From Sphagnum compactum (Eukaryota), in NCBI GenBank assembly GCA_965153455.1, contig OZ234493.1:8670213-8734212 (forward strand): a stretch of 64,000 nucleotides of DNA. The letters are read 5' to 3'. The position numbers were made by a program, and so were the translations under genes. How positions within the stretch are numbered: position 1 is the first letter of the stretch; the number at the start of each line of letters is the position of its first letter. Under the pieces are notes generated by a model, which saw only the letters and a program-made list of their open reading frames with translations, was not told the origin of the DNA and ran no database searches. This document shows, in pieces, positions 40,777 to 53,202 of this stretch.

Positions 40777-43700
40777 ATGGTATGTAACCTGGCATCCCTC
40801 TTTTTTCCACCCATCTCCTTTTATTCTCTCTAGATCATAGTTCCTTAGCTAGATCATGTATGAGAAGAGTTTCTCCAAGAACTTACTGTCATTGTGGGCC
40901 CCAAAAAAGGAAAAGAAAAGAAAAAACAGAAACAGCAAACAACGACCGCCAGAAAACTGAAGAAAGACATGAATTTTTTTTTCAGATGGATTGCAGAAGA
41001 TAAATTTCAGACATTCTAGTAAGATGGAGGATTCTTGCAATTTTCTGCTGGAGACTTGAGAGTTGTTGTTGGTGGAAGAAACTTGCAAGCAAGCAGTTTC
41101 TCCAAGAGAATCAATGATGATGATGATTTAAGAATCATTTTCCTTCTTCTTCTGCAACTTGCAGTCTTGATGTTGTTGTTGTTGTAGTAGTGGGGTTGTC
41201 TGTCTGTCTTTCTTTGTTGGAAGAAACTATTTTGTGTTGGGTTTTGTTTTGGGAGAATCCAAACAGCAGGTTCACTTCATGGAGAAAGAAAAGATCAATC
41301 AGTTCATGGTTTCATGAAGAACCCAAGAAGTTGTTCAATCTAATAGACCTTGGAAGTTTGCTTGCTTGCTTGTTGTGAGGAATCATGAGACTTTGTTGCT
41401 GGTGGCATGGGAATTGCAGGCTAGCAGCAGGCAGACACAGCAACAACAGCAGCTTGTGGAGTCTGAGAGCAACAAGAAAGTGGTTCCAATATCCAAGGAG
41501 TACTATGAGAGTAGCAGCAATGAAGCTGCTGATGATGAGCATCATGATCATCATGTGCGGCACAGTGGTAGAAGAACAAGAACAAGAACTCCAACTCTGG
41601 AGACTATGGTCAGTCTAGCCAAGGATGGCACTGTTGATTGCAGTGGCAAGCCGATTGACAAAAGAACCTCCGGCCGACTCAGAGCCAATTTCTTCATCAT
41701 TGGTAATAAGAGAAAACAATCTACCATTGCTTAGCTTGCTTAGCTTGCAGCTTCTTCTTGGCACAATTCTTTGAAGGAGATCAGGACTAGCTAGTGCACC
41801 TGCAAGTCTTGAATCACGGTTCTGCCCAGAGTTCTGAATCCAGTCAGTCTCAGCAGCAACTTCACAATGGGTTTTGTGTCCAGGAAGAACCAACCACAGG
41901 AGCTCATTCCCGGGATGAAGCAAATCTGCTTTTTTTGGTAATGGGTTGTGGTTGATGGATGGGTTGGTGGGTGATAAATGTTCAGGAATTGAGATTGGTG
42001 AGAGATTGGCATTCTATGGCATGTCCGCCAACTTGGTGACGTACCTGACACATGTGTTGCATGAGGGCACGGCAGTGTCAGCCAAAAATGTAAACAATTG
42101 GATTGGCACCACCTTCCTGGCACCACTTTTGGGTGCTTTTCTCGCAGATGCTTACTGGGGTCGCTTCTGGACCATCTTTATCTTCTCCACTGTCTACTTG
42201 GTGGTAAGAAATGCAGCTAGCAGCATTGGCATTATGTTAGAAAGGTTTTGAAGAGTATACATTGAAAGTGGGCTTATATTCTCCATTTGAAGATCTGAAG
42301 TTCAAATTAGGACATAATTGCATCATGCTTGCTAAGGCCTTGAAGAGTACTATTGCAATGAGTTTATATTCTCCATTTGAAGATCTGAAGCACAAATTAG
42401 CACAAAATTATATCATTCTTGCTGAGGTCTTGAAGAGTAAATATTAAAAGTTGACTTGTGTTCTTCATTTGAAAATCTGAAGTTCAAATTAGCACAAAAT
42501 TGCATCATTCTTGCTGCTGTTTGTTCTTCAGGTTCTGGACTCATGTTTTGTGGATTTGTGTAGGGACTGATCATGTTGACGCTGTCAGTAACAATGGCCG
42601 TGTTTAAGCCACCAGAGTGCGACCTCGGTGCCGGCAGCAAAAGCTCCACAGCTGCTGCTGCAGTTGGGTGTCCATCGGCGACGGCGGGTCAAGTGGGTTT
42701 CTTCTATTTCTCGCTCTACCTCATTTCCATAGGCGCGGGGAGCATGAAACCGTGTGTGGCGGCGTTTGGTGCGGACCAGTTCGATGAGGAAGACGCGCGC
42801 GAGAACGGCATGAAGAAATCCTTCTTCAACTGGTGGGTGTTCGGCATCAGCATCGGCGGTCTATTGTCCGCCACAGTGTTCGTCTACATCCAGGACTACG
42901 TGGGTTGGGGTTGGGGATTCGGGGTTCCCACTGTCTTGATGGCTGTGTTCCTGTGTGCTTTTGTTTCCGGCTCCGGATTCTACAGACACAAGCGACCCAT
43001 GGGAAGTCCGCTCTCACGCATCGCGCAAGTCTTCGTTGCTTCTGTTTGCAAGTGGCGTCTTGAGGTCCCCGCTGATTCTCAGTTGCTGTTCGAGATTCGC
43101 GACAAGGAATCGGTGGTCCCCGGGAGTCGACGGATCCCCCATTCCAACTCCTTTCGGTAATGCATACATACACCCCAACCCACCTTCCCTTTCTGCAACT
43201 ACTGAAGCTTGTGGGTGGCGGGGTCGATGATTCTTGTGACGAGATCTTCTTCTTTTGGGTTTTGCAGCTTTCTTGACAAAGCAGCAATCCTGGGGCCCCT
43301 ACAGCAGCAGCCGGAGGAGGAGGACGCTAGAGCTGCAGCTGGTGCTGCAACAACTTGTAAAGAGATCATCATCAGCAGCAGCCCGTGGAGATTGTCCACC
43401 GTAACGCAAGTTGAGGAAGTGAAGCTAGTGCTCCGACTGATGCCGATTTGGGTAGCAGCATTGCTGTTCGCCACTCTACCAGCACAGATCTCCACCTTCT
43501 ACACGCGTCAAGGGACGACTCTAGACATCAACTTAGGACCCAACTTCCAGATCCCTGCTGCTTCGCTGCAGAGCTTAATACCCATCACCATCGTCACCTT
43601 GATCCCCTTATACGACCGTGTCTTCGTTCCAGTTGTCCGCCACTTCACGGGTAATGTCCGCGGCATTACAATGCTCCAGCGGATTGGCATCGGCATCGGC

Positions 43701-44377
43701 ATCTCTATCCTTTCCATGGTAGCTGCTGCTATCACGGAAATCAAGAGAGTCAAGGTATGATTTCCTCTCCTCCAATTTTGCATGCATCAAGAGGAATTGG
43801 GCCAGATTTTCTTTCTTTTGCAAGCTTGCTTGTGGGTTCATCTGGTTTAGGGTTTTAGGTTTCTTAGCTAGATTCTAATTCCATATGATCATCGGAGGTG
43901 GGTGAATATCTGTCTGCATTGATGCTGGTGCTGCTGTGGCTGCAGGTGGCAAAAGAACATGGATTACTAGATCAACCCAACTCGACAATACCCATGAGTG
44001 TGTTCGTGCTCCTCCCACAGTACGTTCTTCTGGGCACCGCCGAGGTTTTCACCAGTATCGGAGCACTGGAGTTTTTCTACGATCAAGCTCCAGACAGCAT
44101 GCGCAGTTTGGGTACAGCGCTGTTCCTGAGCACCATCGGAGTCGGCAACTTCCTCAGCAGCTTACTCCTCACCGCCATCGTGAAAGTGACAAGACTGGGT
44201 GGTGGCGATCATCATCCTCCACATCAGAGTGGCTGGATCGTCGACAACCTCAACAAATGCCGTCTTGACTATTTCTACTGGCTACTAGCAGGTCTCAGTG
44301 GGTTGAATCTCTGCTTCTTCATGGCTCTGGCTCACTGGTACAGCTACAAGAAGATCAACAAAACCACCGACTTTTAG
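40777..44377 (+). CDS. NPF: NRT1/PTR family (NPF) proton-coupled transporter
   Basis: Exons: 40777-40779 (ATG only, tentative), 41420-41702, 41986-42203, 42564-43156, 43268-43754, 43946-44377. Motifs: DGTVD, ExxER (EIGERLAFYG), LGAFLADAYWGRFWT, KPCVAAFGADQFD, SFFNWW, TVTQVEEVK, LQRIGIG, LEFFYDQAPDSMRSLG, RLDYFYWLL. Alternative start is ATG 41606. Confidence 0.95.
42250..42515. repeat. Three ~90 bp tandem copies within an NPF intron
   Basis: TGAAGAGTA...TTATATTCTCCATTTGAAGATCTGAAG..CAAATTAG.ACA.AATT..ATCAT.CTTGCT repeated at about 42250, 42341 and 42431. Confidence 0.9.
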
Positions 44378-44684
44378 CTCCCTCCATTGCTATTCCTCAC
44401 CACCACCACCACCACCACCACCACAACTATATTCTTGTGAAGCACCTCCCTCAATTCACATCTTCATTTCATGACCAACCCCCAAATCTTTGCGACATGA
44501 TCAAACCCTAAATGCAACAGAAGCGGCAGATGCGACAAAAGCATTGACCAAACACTTGCGCAAGAACCCTAACAACTTCCAAGTAACACAAAATCCCCAG
44601 GCTGATCAATCCCTTTTGAGAATTCCAGTTTTGCGTTACAATCGTGCACATGATGAAGAAGCAGCAGCTGCTGTAGTCGTGAAT

Positions 44685-44940
44685 TCGGAGTTCTGCAAAG
44701 AACAAGAGTTTTTGAGTTTTCCGAGTTTTTGTGCAGAAAATTCCAGACTTACGAAGTTTCGAGAGTTTCAGGACTTTTTGCACATCACAGTTTCGGAGTT
44801 TGTTCGGAGTTTTTGCAGACCAGAGTTTCAAAGTTTCGAAGTTTTCGAGACTTTTTGCAGACCGAAGTTCCCAAGTTGCCGAGTTCTCCAGATTTTTGCA
44901 AACCAGAGTTTCTCGAGTTTTTGCAAACACAGTTTTTTGT
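44685..44940. repeat. Low-complexity iterated GAGTTT/TTTTTGCAGACC motifs
   Basis: Short motifs repeated more than 10 times; source of overlapping spurious ORFs. Confidence 0.7.
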
Positions 44941-45761
44941 ACAGACAGAAAGGGTTATATCATCCATTGGAAGATGTAAGAGTGACACTCATCCCTAGGG
45001 AGTTGATGTAGCCAGATCTGGCTATATAAATCAAATATGAAATATAAAAAAAGAGTTCCTTTTTAAATTTTTGGTTACATGTTGAAAATGAAACATAAAA
45101 ATAAATCGCCCAGAGATTTTTCAAATAGAAAAATGTTTTTCTCTATTTTTTTTTTCTCACCTCTGGCGATTGAAACCTTAAAAAAAGCACTTCATTTCTT
45201 TTTCGAAAATTATTTCACTTTTTGGTGAAATTTCGCCAGTTTAAAAAAAAAAAAAGGATTCATAAATTGTGGATCTTTGCATCATAACTGAAATTCTGAA
45301 TTCAGTTATTCCCGTACACACCACCTACCTACTCAAACCCACAAAAGATTGATGAGTGATCTTCACATGATTCAAGTAAAAGTGCAGCTGCACTCATATC
45401 CCTTAGCTATATATATAACTGGCTATAAAGCCGGATATGAAGGAAACAACTGTAATCATGCTTCACACTCAAAACCAACCAAATATATTTGATAATTTTG
45501 TCTTTTTTTGCTGCCCCCCCCCCCCACTCACTTTTGGGGGACTTCCAAGTGTCCGAAGGTCACGGGTACCCACTAGTTTAACCATATTATTCATGTTCGT
45601 GTTTATTGCTTCCCAATTCTCACTCAGAAAAATCAGACAGCATAAGACTAGAGACTATTTAAATACAATATTGCACTTGGGAAGTCATTGTTACCTCAAG
45701 AAACACCACTTGGCACTCACTCTAATAAACACAACTTATCACATATCTTACTGCCCTATTT

Positions 45762-46095
45762 GGCTCGCTTTAGACGAGGGTCCAGGGTCCAATTTCCTTG
45801 GAACCAACTTGGACTAATTTGAAGCAAATTGGGTCCTGAGTCCGAGTGTGTACCTTGGTCCCTAGCCTGATTCTTGGTTCTCCAAATCAGGAGCTCTCTC
45901 CTTTTAGCACTGTTTTTGGTCTGAACCAATTGACTTTCCCTCCAAAACAGGTGCCATGTAGGTTTAGCCTCAATTTGCCACTTTTGGGTCTTGGACTCTC
46001 GTCTAAAGGCCTTGGGACCAATTTAAAGCTTTCGACCAATAAAATTGCTTGAATTCATTGGTCCCTGGAGCTTGGACCCTCGTCTAAAGTCGCCC
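45762..46095. mobile_element. Tourist/PIF-Harbinger-like MITE, copy 2
   Basis: TIR CTTTAGACGAGGGTCCA / TGGACCCTCGTCTAAAGTCGCCC followed by TAA (46096-46098). Colinear with 12361-12692. Confidence 0.85.
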
Positions 46096-47284
46096 TAAGA
46101 GCAAATATGTTTTTGGGTGCCCAAAGATGCAGTGAATCCAACAAAGGTTTTTCTGAAAAATTTGGTGCAAAGCCACCATATTTTGAGGGGGAAAATAGAA
46201 ATTGCATATCAGCAAAATATAGTGGGGTTCTTAAAAACTGACTTTCCACAAGAGGACTTACCTCAAAAGTTGGAATAAGTGTGTAGGTGAACAACCCATG
46301 CTTGAACTTGTTCACTAAACCTATCATGAAAGCATAAACATATTTTTAGTGATTGATTTGATCCATAACAACCCATCACAACTTTGGATGCATTTCAAAC
46401 ATGATGAGTTTTCAAGGTTTTTCCAGTCTTGGGGATCGATCACCTATCATCCTCCTCACCAATCTTCAATTCACTATGCATGACCCGATCTCACAATCTG
46501 ATGACCACCACAAACTGAAAAAAGATCTTCACCGAATAATTATTCCAAAATTTCCTGTTTCATGTTCTTTGCACACTCACATCATTTCACAAATATGTTT
46601 GGAATGTGATCATGTTATCTCTCTGAGAGGAAAACACGAGGACCATGGAGGTGATCTTTGTTAAAGCCCCTGAACAGTAAAGCTTCCAGCCAGTCAAACT
46701 GCCAAGTCACTTAAGACTGGAATTGTCTTCAAAACCAAAAGTTCATGATTGACCCCAAAACCAAAGCTATCACTGTGAACAACTGCGAAGATTCCTGGTA
46801 CTCATACATGCTAGTAGCAAACATGAAGCGTGACTCCATGAATCTACTGAGGCTCAAAACTGTGAATATGAGAAAGTCATGGTGCTGAGGAAGTCTGGGC
46901 TCATTATGGCTTATATAAGCAAGAGATATGCAGTCTACAGAATGCGGAAATTGGCCCCCACTTTACCCCCCAAAACAGATTTTTCAATTAATTTTCCTAC
47001 CTCAAACAGCAGATTTAGTGCCAGGAAAAGGCCCCAAACGCAACAATTATATAACACTAACACACTCTATTAGTGTTATGTCTTGCTGCTTTAAGAACTG
47101 TAGAGTTGTTGCAATCAGGAAAGACATAACAATCATATTGATGTCTGCTTACTTTCCACAGGTACAAAGCCACCTATTTCTGTGCTGCTTCTACACTCAC
47201 ACTTAAAAGACCTCACATTGAAGGTCAAGGAAATACCCATTGCAGCAAAACTGACAGAAAAAGATGGCAAAATAACTGATTTAT

Positions 47285-47746
47285 ATGTTGGTTAGTGAGA
47301 GAGCCCGATGCAACAAAAACTGCATGTTGGGTTCCTGAAACGGTTCAAATGAAAATGAATGAATTTTGAATAAAAAAAATGATTTTTCCGAATTTTTTTG
47401 CTTATACGAGCCCATATTCTTGCTCTTCCATCAATTTCTAGTCTCAATCTCCCCCCCCAATCCGAAATAATAGTCCTTGTATATATAGGAATTCCGTTGT
47501 GATCTGATTCCGAGTTATAATAAATATCGAGACTTCGTAAAATTTGTTAGTGAAAAACCGAGCGGGGAAGGCACATGAATTAAAAGATTCATGTTCGGTT
47601 TGGGAAGAGATTTTGAATCTTCAAAAAAGCTAGATAAAAATCTACTTTCATTGAACAATTTATTAAATAATCGTAAACAGACCAGTTTGAGTACAATTCT
47701 TGATGCAGAAGAACGATATAAGGAAGCTACTTATAAGCTTGGACAA
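47285..47746. other. Mosaic nuclear plastid DNA insertion (NUPT): trnV-UAC intron fragment (+), rpoB fragment (-), atpF intron end plus exon 2 start (+)
   Basis: 47288-47350 is a group II domain V (GAGAGCCCGATGCAACAAAAACTGCATGTTGGGTTCCTGAAAC). Minus 47528-47390 translates [44 protein letters not shown] (plastid RpoB). 47530-47651 is the atpF intron 3' end (..ATCTACTTTCAT), followed by [31 protein letters not shown] (AtpF). Confidence 0.88.
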
Positions 47747-47920
47747 GAGAGATTTGATTGATAAATACGTAGAAGCTTGTCCGATGCCTGTATTAGAAGT
47801 ATTACCCCCCCCCCCATTGAAGACATTCGAGTATCTTACCTTGTTATTCAAAGGTAAGACATTATTTGAAATGGTTGAATCCCAACCTTCTCTTAACTAT
47901 GTTTGTGAATTCTATCCCAA

Positions 47921-48514
47921 CTAGTGGGCTCCCGTGACACGGCACTGGGAAAAAACTCGGAGTCCAAAGGAGACCCCAAAGAACCCCATAACTGAACGGA
48001 ATTACAAATACATGATATTTCATCCAAATAAATCACCATGCAAAACTTACGAATACATAAATATTTCATCCACAAATCATTCCTCCTAATTGGACGGAAC
48101 TACAAATACATGATATCTCATCCTCATAACCACCCATCCAGAACTCTGAGCTCATTGCACGGTTTCAGGACCTCGACCAGACGGACGGACAGGCGGGTCC
48201 CGATCTGGGTTTCAGGACCTCGACGGTAACCCGTGCCTGCAAGGCACGACACGGCACTGGGAAAAAACTGGGAGTCGAAAGGATATTATGATATTTTCAT
48301 CGGACAGGCGGGTCCCGATCTGGGTTTCAGGACGTCGACGGACGGACAGTTGGGATCTGGGTTTCAGGACCTAGACACACAGACAGTCTGCGTCCAGTTA
48401 TATACGTCACTTTTCTCTGCGTCCAGCCCACTTTTCTCTGCGTCCAGTGGTCACAGACAGTCTGCGTCCAGTGGTCACAGACGCACGGACGGACAAGGTA
48501 CTTTATATATAAGA
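47921..48514 (-). mobile_element. Non-autonomous Helitron
   Basis: The minus strand begins A|TCTTATATATAAAG followed by GTCC/GTCT microsatellite-like units, and ends with hairpin CCGTGTCACGG...CTAG|T. It is inserted between A and T with no TSD. Confidence 0.85.
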
Positions 48515-48555
48515 TATAGCAGATCAAATTAAAATGAACTGATAACAATGGAGAT

Positions 48556-50088
48556 TTAGTAGTAAACAACTGACTGTTCTGGCCCCTGTCCTTCAGCAAG
48601 ATGAAACTTCACCTGCAGATGTGGACAAGCATAATGTTAGGATTTCCCCTATATGAGCAGATTCAGGGCTGCACATGAGCATGCTGAACTGCCAGTCTTC
48701 ACCCCATAACACTTGAACAGATCACAAGGCTTATATAACATGTACTGAAACAAAAAAGGCAAAAGCAAACACCTGAGTGAAGGGTAGAAAGTGCAATCTG
48801 ACGGAAGTGAACTTGGCCCCATAGAAGCCACTTCCATGTATCATGCTCTTGCCTGCCACTTTCACAACTATAGAGCGCAGACCCTGTCAAGTAGATCCTC
48901 ACTTTAATCAGAAATTCATCATGGTAACATCACTCCAGTAGCTTGCTATTGGGAACACAGAAAACTGGGGTAGGATTCAACCTTGTATGCTCATTCCAGG
49001 ACAAGGGCAACATTTTGCAAGGAGGTGGGTCCGGCCAAAGCCAGCAATGAAGTTGAATCTAATTGCATATCAGATCTTTCCACAGTATTTCTCAGGGTCC
49101 TTAGAACACCTAAAACTACTTTAAAGGTACTGTGGGACACAACAGTCTGCAAGATCTGAACATACTTACTTGGGGATAGCCATAAATAATGCTCTTAATC
49201 TGTCTCCACTTGCTCTCAGTTGCTCTAGCATCTCCTGAATCCCTGCAACATTACCCCACCAAAACCCATTAGGCATGATGAGACTGGTGCATTTACAGCT
49301 ACACATGGACCTGAGAGGATGAATGCTGGCCACTACTGACAACTAACAAAGGACACGTGTTCTCTCCTGTCACAGAGGGCATACCAGGAATGAATAACGT
49401 TTTTCAGCTCGTCGTGCAAAAGCACTTTGACTCTGAATACACTCGGGGCACCTTGCCTTCCCGCGAACCAGATAGAGAAAATCAAAGGCGGGCTGGTATC
49501 CAGGAACTTGTTGGCGAAGGTGTGCAATCCGATGAGTTGCTGAACCCCACCCCATTCGTAAGACGTCGCCATAACGGGCTTGTCTAGTGCTGCTGGACAA
49601 GGAGGGCATCCCTGGGGCGGATCCTCACGCAACACGCCATCCCCGCCCCCGCGCTGGAACACGGAGCCTCCCTCCGCTGCCCAGTGGCAAAAAGAGGGCG
49701 GTTCGTCGTGATTCTCCTCCACGTTACAAATGCGGTCGTAGATCAACCGGTGCTTTGGTTCCCAGGTACGCAACGCTTGTCTCTTCATCTGCTCTGCCTC
49801 TATGTGATGAATCCTGGAGAAATGCGGACTGGCAACGAGATTGAGGCCGTAGACTGTGCCGAAAAGCCCCTTCCAACCTCCCATACAACGCAACGCATCC
49901 AGCTCTCGCAGTCCCGAGCCTGCACAAAGCTCGTTCCACAAGCTTACGTCCTGCGTCGCGTCTCGCCATTGCCTACACACCAGGGCACAAGAGCGCGCGA
50001 TTTCTACCGCAGGTAGCAGTAGCAACACCTTCGCGAAAACTGCATCGGGCAAACTCTCACATCGCCTTCTTAAGCTTGTCGACACCAT
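48556..50088 (-). CDS. F-box protein with FBA (Fbs/FBXO2-FBXO6-FBXO44-like) domain
   Basis: Exons 50088-49385, 49242-49170, 48883-48773, 48612-48556 (last exon tentative). F-box: LPDAVFAKVLLLLP...CALVCRQWR. FBA motifs: NLVASP, GGDG, ATSYEW..QLIGL, LDTSPPLIFSIWFAGR, WRQI..IIYGYPQGLR...GFYGAKFT. Confidence 0.85.
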
Positions 50089-51023
50089 CTCCAACAAGAA
50101 GACACAAAGAGCAAAAAACCTCTCTCTCTCTCTCTCTCTCCACCGGTACTCTATCCGAAAATTATTCAGCACATCAATACTCGGGAATGAATTCGTGCAG
50201 TGTTCAACAATTTTTCATGCCGCAAAACAAACAAAGCTTGCTCGCTTGCGGATCCGTGCAACGTTCAACCGCTTTTTCAAACCGCAAAACCAAACAAAGC
50301 TTACCAACAACAAAATGATCGTTTCCCGCAGCGGATGGCGAGGGAACAGATCGATCCGGACAGAAAATTCGCAGCAGAGGAGGAAGAAGAAGATCAATCT
50401 GGACGGAGAAGACTCGAATTCGTGCAATGTTCTACAAGTTTTCATGCCGCAAAACAAACGAAGCTCACTAATAATAAGGACACAAAATGCTCATTTCATT
50501 TCACGCAGCAGCAGAAGAAGAATAAGAAGAATAAGAAGACACGGAACAATCTGAAAAGAGAAAACTCACCTTCTCCATGGACACAGACAGACAATCAGCG
50601 AGCTCTGCAAACGGTAAGGGAAGGGAGACTTTCCTTCGCGGGAAAGAGAACGCGCATTGAACGTTGCAGGCAGTGGCCGTAACAGAGGAGGAAAAGATGT
50701 GCGCGGGAACAACAAAGGAGCCCTTGGAGTTCAAAAAGGGGGCTCGTTTACAAGGGCTTTTCGCATAGGAGAAGGGCCTGTATCAGGTCCTTTCCTACGG
50801 AAAGCAGAGCTGGGATTTTTTCACTTTTTAGAAATAGTGACAGGCTGGCTGAAAACAGGTTTCTTCAGGCAGGTAAGGGAGCTGAAAATACAAAGGAAAA
50901 TCCCAGGCAGTGCTTTACGTACCATCTACCGGGCCTACTGGCACTGTAAGGTCCCCGTTAGGATGTCACCATAATTCAGAAGTTCACTGCCTATTGATTT
51001 CATCTGAGCTAAGACGACTATAA

Positions 51024-51396
51024 GAGCATCCCCACCAGTGCTCAGTATCTGACCCTGCAAATTAGAATTGGATGAAGAAAAGTCATCATATGTGGGCTTG
51101 GCTCAGGAAAATGGTTTTTCTCCTGCATGTTTGCTCAGTTTGTTGAGGCTGTTAAAAAGTGCAGCAAAGAAATGCACCTGTACAGAAGAGTATAATAAAT
51201 ATGATATGACTGGTGCTCCATGTTTTTGATTGGCCAATCATAGTGATTGATCCAGGTGGGTTGCTATTAGTAGTTCCCACCTATTTGCAGTCCCCATTTC
51301 AGTTTTATGGGTAGGGTTGGAAAAAAGTAATCAACTAAACTTGGATGTGAGAAATATTTTTGTAGGGTCACATATTGAGCCCCGGTGTGGATGCTC
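51024..51396. mobile_element. Tourist/PIF-Harbinger-like MITE, second family
   Basis: ~38 bp imperfect TIR GAGCATCCCCACCAGTGCTCAGTATCTGACCCTGCAAA / TTTGTAGGGTCACATATTGAGCCCCGGTGTGGATGCTC, with TAA on both sides (51021-51023, 51397-51399). Confidence 0.9.
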
Positions 51397-53202
51397 TAAA
51401 GGCCACACAGTATTTTGTCCAATCAAATTTCATCTCAGAATTGGTTCAGCCCATGCTTAAGGAAAGAGGCATGGATTTGTGTCTTTTGTATCTCTGTGTT
51501 TTTACAGTTCTTTTTCAACACTAAATTCATGAACAACTTTTCAATACCTTCTCCACCAACTTGCACCCCATTTGTTTTACATTTGCATTTGAATTCAATT
51601 CAATTATTTGATTGAATATTACTTGAGTTAAAATTCAATTCAATTCAATTCAAATTTCCGTCAATGTAATTGAATCAAATCTAATAGATGGCTTCCTTTC
51701 TGCTTTCTATGTGCATCAGCTTCATTTTGTTTGTGCTCAGCTATATTTAATGATTTGCACAAGAGTGCAGTAGGCATGTTGCAATCAGCACTGTGCATTC
51801 CATATTGATTCTCAAATCTCATGATTAACACAGAGAAATTTGCCCCAGTTCTATAGGTGGGGGTGATTCCCAAAATAAGTGGCCTAGGATGAGGCCAAGT
51901 CCAGCCCTTCATTTTGGGAATCAACAACCCCTTGCCCTGCCCCAAACACTCACACACCCATGGGCTTTACCCATCCTACCCTGAGAAGCCAAGGTTATCA
52001 TTGACTTCGAACATGGATAGATCACAATGTGTATGAGGGGAGAGGGCTAACTACACTCCTTCAGAATGCAAGCGATCTTCCACCTAAAGTCAGGCATCGG
52101 AACCCTCCCAATCATAAAAGAGTAAAGAGTAAGCATTATATCCCTCCTCGTTTCTAGGAGGGATATTCATGAATGTGAGGTGCCCTCCAAATAGCCGAGG
52201 AAATTTCTCTGAGTACTTTACCATCCCAGAAAATTCTCAAGATAGGCCCTTCTCCTATACTAGGGATCTGGCACAATTACTCACACCAATGACACAGGTA
52301 GCCATACTGTCAGAAACCCCCCCACTTTCCAGCTTGTGATCTGATGACACCTGGAGTACTTGTCTAGAGTGACATTCTGTTTGCATATCACAGGTTCTGT
52401 ACAATCATCAACACCTCATATCCTAACAACTACCAGCTAAGATAGGTAGGCCAATCAGTACCTGAAACTTGCTTTTGCAGTGGCACTAGCACTACTACCA
52501 CTAGATTGTTGACACCTTTGTCAATGGTGCATCTATTCTCTCTCGCATGATGAACAAGGTTTCGATACTTCCATCCTCCAAGGGACGGCTCCAGCTACAA
52601 ATGTCAAAAAATAACATCTGATAACATTCATATCGTAAAGTAGCATCTATGGCATGGATGTGGATTAAATGGCACCCTTCAAGTAGCATTAATCAAGGTG
52701 AACTTCACATAGGTTGTAAAATAAAGGAAAAGCCACTGCTCATGCCACATAATCTGCTCTGTTTCCATCTGAACAACTGATGTGGAGCGAGTGTCTTTCT
52801 GACAAATTCAGAAAGACGAGATGATGTGCAGAGCCTTTTTCACCCATGAACAAGACTCATGAGGGTCAAAAGATCAATCAAGAAATCACCATGCTTTTGA
52901 CGAGGACAAACCCAGACTACTGCTAACTACCACATTCATGTGGTGTCTTTAGTCCCTCAGTGCACATCACATTGCTTGAATAATATTATGAATTTGATAC
53001 ACAACTTGGAATGGATACAAGAGACAAATAAGCTTTTTTTGCAGGAATGACACTGCTTTGAAGTTTCAAGAGACTACACCCATACAAGGGAACAACTTAT
53101 GATAGCTGCATAAAATGGATCTCTGGGAAAATACCAATGAATTCTTGCACAAGAGATATGCTGAGTGTGGATGTGTCTGACCTTCACATGATCAAAAGGA
53201 GA

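Noticed and set aside
44490-45011. 173-aa ORF after NPF
   Set aside because: Mostly iterated GAGTTT low-complexity sequence.
47755-47810. psaC-like peptide [14 protein letters not shown] next to the NUPT
   Set aside because: Too short, lacks the Cys pattern, and far more divergent than the adjacent plastid pieces. Origin unresolved.
49856-50682. Plus-strand ORFs of 232 and 160 aa
   Set aside because: Antisense to the F-box exon and its leader, low complexity, no motifs, non-ATG starts.
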